Source: an uncultured delta proteobacterium | GTDB lineage: Bacteria; Myxococcota_A; Polyangia; Polyangiales; Polyangiaceae | Assembly: GCA_963696385.1 (NCBI GenBank) | Contig: CAVOKF010000007.1 | Coordinates: 1,280,001 to 1,344,000 of the forward strand | Length of the DNA: 64,000 bases | Reading direction: 5' to 3' | Part shown: positions 60,847 through 64,000 of the stretch, one piece after another | How positions within the stretch are numbered: position 1 is the stretch's first letter | Layout of the letters: the number at the start of each line of letters is the position of its first letter | The notes under the pieces: generated by a model | Databases searched by the model: none | Told to the model about the DNA's origin: nothing | The model's input: only the letters and a program-made list of their open reading frames with translations | Program-made: the position numbers and the translations under genes

Positions 60847-61608
60847 GTGCACGAGCATGAGGGAGTCGAGCAGCCGCTTCGTTTTGCGTGCTGTGGGGCC
60901 TGCGGCGAGGGGTTCTACGCGTGCGCCAGGTGCGATCGGTTCGGCGAGCGCCGCTACTGCAGCGAGGCGTGCCAAGGGGTAGGGCGCGCGCGGATCTGTC
61001 GCACGGCGCGGCGGTTGGAAGCGACTACGGTGGAGGGTCGGCAGAACAACCGCGACCGGCAGCACTGGTTTCGCCAAGCACATCCGGGCCGGCGAGGCCG
61101 CAAGGCTCGGCAGCGGGGCGTGGTGGCGCCGGTCGCGCCGGGAACGGATGGGCAGGTCGTAACGGATCCCCCTTCTGGTGGGAGTGCCGATTCGCGTGTT
61201 GTGCGCTCGCGCGGCGCGGCGCTCGCCTCCAACCCGGAGGCGGCGACCGAGGCGGCCAGGAGCAGGACCGATGAATCGATGGACGGTGACGATGGATCCC
61301 CGGCGCGAGGCGACGCGGATCCTGATGATGGAGGGGCGCGAGGAACGGATGCGGGCGGTGTTGGGCCCATCGGCGTCGGCGCATCCGCGGGCGGCCTCCA
61401 CGCTGCTCGAGGGGCTGGCGCTCTGGCAGCAGCGCCCGCTCTGCGTTGTTCTCTGTGCGGATACCGAGGAATCTATGTCTGCATTGCGGCTGGAGGACGC
61501 GCTGGGCTTCGGCGTGCGCAATCTGCATTTCGAGGTGGAGGTGATGCTGCGCGGTCCGGCGCATCGCCGTCGCGCGGGCCGTCTGGGGGGATTGGGCTGC
61601 TTCGGTGA
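60847..61608 (+). CDS. Cys-rich zinc-finger-like protein upstream of istA
   Basis: CGAC..CARCDR..RYCSEAC, basic helix GRQNNRDRQ, VTD, distal RCSLCG. Confidence 0.65.
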   Translation: MHEHEGVEQPLRFACCGACGEGFYACARCDRFGERRYCSEACQGVGRARICRTARRLEATTVEGRQNNRDRQHWFRQAHPGRRGRKARQRGVVAPVAPGTDGQVVTDPPSGGSADSRVVRSRGAALASNPEAATEAARSRTDESMDGDDGSPARGDADPDDGGARGTDAGGVGPIGVGASAGGLHAARGAGALAAAPALRCSLCGYRGIYVCIAAGGRAGLRRAQSAFRGGGDAARSGASPSRGPSGGIGLLR

Positions 61609-61645
61609 TCTGCGGCAGGTCTGCTTGCAGGGGGTGTCGCCATGA
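61271..61645 (+). CDS. Hypothetical protein coupled to istA
   Basis: AGGA RBS; TRILM..HPRAASTLLEGLALWQQRPLCVVLCAD..FGDLRQ; ATGA overlap with istA. Confidence 0.8.
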   Translation: MNRWTVTMDPRREATRILMMEGREERMRAVLGPSASAHPRAASTLLEGLALWQQRPLCVVLCADTEESMSALRLEDALGFGVRNLHFEVEVMLRGPAHRRRAGRLGGLGCFGDLRQVCLQGVSP

Positions 61646-63123
61646 CAGTCAGCAAAGAGTGCGAGAGCGAGATCCTTCGGCTCGTGCAGGCCGAGAAGTG
61701 GCCCGAAGGCACGGTGGCCGCCGAGCTGGGGGTGCACCACGACGTCGTCACGCGCGTGCTCGCCCAGGACGCCACTGGACAGCCCGCGCGCGAGCCTCGG
61801 CCGAGCAAGCTCGACGCGTACAAGGGCTTCATCCTCGAGCAGATCGAGAGGTATCCACGGCTGCGCGCGACGCGGCTGCGCACGATGATCGCCGAGCGCG
61901 GGTTTCGGGGCAGCGCAAAGCTCGTCGAGCGCTTCGTCAAAGGCATCCGTCCGCGCGCGGCGAGCAAGGCGTACCTGGTCTGCGAGCGCCTGCCGGGCGA
62001 GCAAGGGCAAGTGGACTGGGGTCACGTGGGGCAGCTCTCCGTCATGGGAGGGATGCGGGCGCTCTGGGTCTTCGTGATGCTTTTGGCGTATTCGCGAATG
62101 CGGTACGCGGAGTTGGTGCTCGATATGACGGCGGAATCGCTCCGGCGCTCGATCCTGCGCGCGCTGAGCTTCTTCGGTGGCGTGCCACGGCAGCTTCTCT
62201 TCGACAACCCCAAGATCGTCGTGATCGAGCGCCATGGTCGCGCCGCGCGGCTTCACTCCGGGATCATCGAGCTCGCCGGACAGCTTCGCGTCAAACCAGT
62301 GCTCGCGCGCGTGCGGACGCCCGAAGACAAGGGCGGAGTCGAAAGAGCCATACGCGAGCTCAAAGAAGGATTCTTCGCGGGCCGTTCGATCCCGAGTCTG
62401 GAGATAGGAAACCTCGGCCTGCGGCGCCACATCGAATCGGTCGTGATGACGCGTCGCCACCCAACCCTCGCCAGCCGCAGCGTGGGCGAGGTCTTCGCCG
62501 AGGAGAAGGAGCGCCTGATGCCGCTGCCCAATCCGATGCCGACGGCGGACCTGGTGTTGCCTGTCGCCGTCGACAAGACGGCAAGCGTACGGCTCGGGAC
62601 CAACCGCTACTCGGCGCCGCCGAAGTACGCGAGCGCGACGCTGACGCTCGTGGCGGACGACGATCACGTGCGGCTTCTCGATGGGGAGAAAGAGGTGGCG
62701 CGCCACCGACGCTCGTGGGGACGCGGTCAGCGCATCGACGACCCCGCGCATCGTCGCGCCCTCTGCGAGGGGCGGCCACGAGCCGAGGCCATCACGATAC
62801 GCGACCAGCTGCTCGGCGCCGTGCCCGAGCTCTCGGTGCTTTACGAACGCTGGGTCGAGCAGGGACGAAACATCAACTTCATGACCGGGCATGCGCGCAA
62901 GCTCTTCACACTCTACGGGCTGGAGATCTTCGGTTACGCCGTGCGCGTCATGGGCGAGCGCGGCACGCACGACATCGGCGCGCTGGCCCTTCTCTGCGAG
63001 CAAGAGCGGCAGCGAACCGACCGGCCCATGCCGGTGGATATCGTGCTCGGCGCGCACGTCGTCGACGCCATCGTGGTGCCCCACGACCTCGGTTCCTACG
63101 ACCGAAAGCGGGGTGAGTCGTGA
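61642..63123 (+). CDS. istA: IS21 transposase IstA
   Basis: SKLDAYK, PGEQGQVDWG, LAYSR, FFGGVP..LLFDNPK, KGGVER, NRYSAP. Confidence 0.96.
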   Translation: MTVSKECESEILRLVQAEKWPEGTVAAELGVHHDVVTRVLAQDATGQPAREPRPSKLDAYKGFILEQIERYPRLRATRLRTMIAERGFRGSAKLVERFVKGIRPRAASKAYLVCERLPGEQGQVDWGHVGQLSVMGGMRALWVFVMLLAYSRMRYAELVLDMTAESLRRSILRALSFFGGVPRQLLFDNPKIVVIERHGRAARLHSGIIELAGQLRVKPVLARVRTPEDKGGVERAIRELKEGFFAGRSIPSLEIGNLGLRRHIESVVMTRRHPTLASRSVGEVFAEEKERLMPLPNPMPTADLVLPVAVDKTASVRLGTNRYSAPPKYASATLTLVADDDHVRLLDGEKEVARHRRSWGRGQRIDDPAHRRALCEGRPRAEAITIRDQLLGAVPELSVLYERWVEQGRNINFMTGHARKLFTLYGLEIFGYAVRVMGERGTHDIGALALLCEQERQRTDRPMPVDIVLGAHVVDAIVVPHDLGSYDRKRGES

Positions 63124-63905
63124 GCGACGTCGTCGACGAGCTCCGGGCCATCGGCTTCTGCGCGTCGCGCGAGCAGCTCGAGGCACTGCTGTCGCACGCG
63201 ACCGCCAACCGCCTCTCGCACGTGCAGGTCGTCGAGCTGCTGGTCGAAATGGAGCGCCGGCAGCGTGAAGCACGCAATCTCGCCACCCGCACCAAGATGG
63301 CGACGGTGGGGGCGCACACGACGATGGACCGTTTCGACTGGAGCCATCCGCGCAAGATCGACCGCGCCCTATGCGAGAATGTCCTCGGCTTGGGCTTCGT
63401 GGAGCGCCGCGAGAACGTCCTTTTTCGCGGCCCAAGCGGTGTGGGTAAGACCATGCTTGCGCAGAACGTATGCCTCGCCGCGCTCAGCGCCGGCATGACC
63501 GTCTGCTTTACCCCGGTCGTTTCGGCGCTCGCCGATCTCTTGAAACAGGAGTCGCTGCCCGCCGTCGAGCGACGCATGAAGCGCTATACCAATGTCGATC
63601 TTCTCGTATGCGACGAACTTGGATATGTGCCCGTAGACAAGCGCGCCGTCGACCTCTTCTTCCAGATCATCAGCCGGCGCCATGAACGAGCCTCCACCAT
63701 CATCTCGACCAACTTGGCCTTCAAGGAATGGGGGGGCGTATTCCCCGGCGCCGCCTGCCTCGTCGCTCTCATCGATCGCTTCACCCAGCATCTGCACACC
63801 ATCGACATCGATGCCGACTCCTACCGGCAAAAGCCGGGCAACTCCCCACCGCCTCCGCAACCCAGGCCCCGCTCGCGAGGCGCCTCCGCCCGGAGGCGCG
63901 TGTGA
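63120..63905 (+). CDS. istB: IS21 helper AAA+ ATPase IstB
   Basis: FDWSHP, Walker A GPSGVGKT, Walker B LLVCDELGY, STNLAFKEWG, DRFTQH, SYR; GTGA coupling. Confidence 0.96.
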   Translation: MSDVVDELRAIGFCASREQLEALLSHATANRLSHVQVVELLVEMERRQREARNLATRTKMATVGAHTTMDRFDWSHPRKIDRALCENVLGLGFVERRENVLFRGPSGVGKTMLAQNVCLAALSAGMTVCFTPVVSALADLLKQESLPAVERRMKRYTNVDLLVCDELGYVPVDKRAVDLFFQIISRRHERASTIISTNLAFKEWGGVFPGAACLVALIDRFTQHLHTIDIDADSYRQKPGNSPPPPQPRPRSRGASARRRV

Positions 63906-64000
63906 CGCCGCCGCGCCAGCGGCTCGTTGCGCCCTCCGAGTGGGACATCGTCTTGGCGCCCGAACTCGGTCCGCTCTTCGTGCTCGACGCTGCACTCATC
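63902..64000 (+). CDS. Hypothetical protein coupled to istB (partial)
   Basis: GGAGG RBS; GTG overlaps the istB TGA; VTPPRQRLVAPSEWDIVLAPELGPLFVLDAALI, open to window end. Confidence 0.6.
   Translation, partial: MTPPRQRLVAPSEWDIVLAPELGPLFVLDAALI

Larger units (their letters stand above)
60540..64000 (+). mobile_element. IS21-family element with accessory ORFs (continues past window)
   Basis: istAB plus adjacent extra ORFs; candidate left end TGTAGAGCGACGCG at 60540 (inferred; right end not visible). Confidence 0.75.

Noticed and set aside
59863..63435. 1190-aa minus-strand ORF, the longest in the window
   Set aside because: Antisense shadow of istA/istB and accessory ORFs; only a short stretch near 60370-60540 belongs to the TPR relic

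Overview
GC-rich bacterial DNA, most likely Myxococcota (Polyangiaceae-like). This is inferred from MYXO-CTERM-type sorting tails, Ser/Gly/DA-rich lipoproteins and an ECF-FecR triad. The left ~43 kb is mostly intact metabolic, regulatory and envelope genes: a sigma-70 factor, Rieske/FAD reductase, phoU, Hsp20, a coupled OMP-acyltransferase-gpsA-fadD lipid operon, DUF3311-mctP, P450, two nitroreductases, patatin, a hybrid kinase, lipoproteins, an ECF/anti-sigma pair, a metzincin, an ACT protein, an MBL hydrolase and two paralogous GT-C-like membrane proteins. An IS630 splits the SRAP/yedK gene in this part. The right ~21 kb is a decaying mobile and toxin-antitoxin zone. It holds two inverted IS4 copies (one complete with a 10-bp target duplication), IS3/IS481-like and IS66 remnants, BrnT/A, AbiEi/AbiEii, PIN and DUF433 relics, a membrane-anchored PD-(D/E)xK gene and a 180-bp duplication. 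At the right edge lies an IS21-family element whose istAB sits among three accessory ORFs (two overlapping in different frames) behind a structured leader; this is the best candidate for an undescribed system. No rRNA, tRNA or CRISPR array was seen. All assignments are by motif recognition, not database search.
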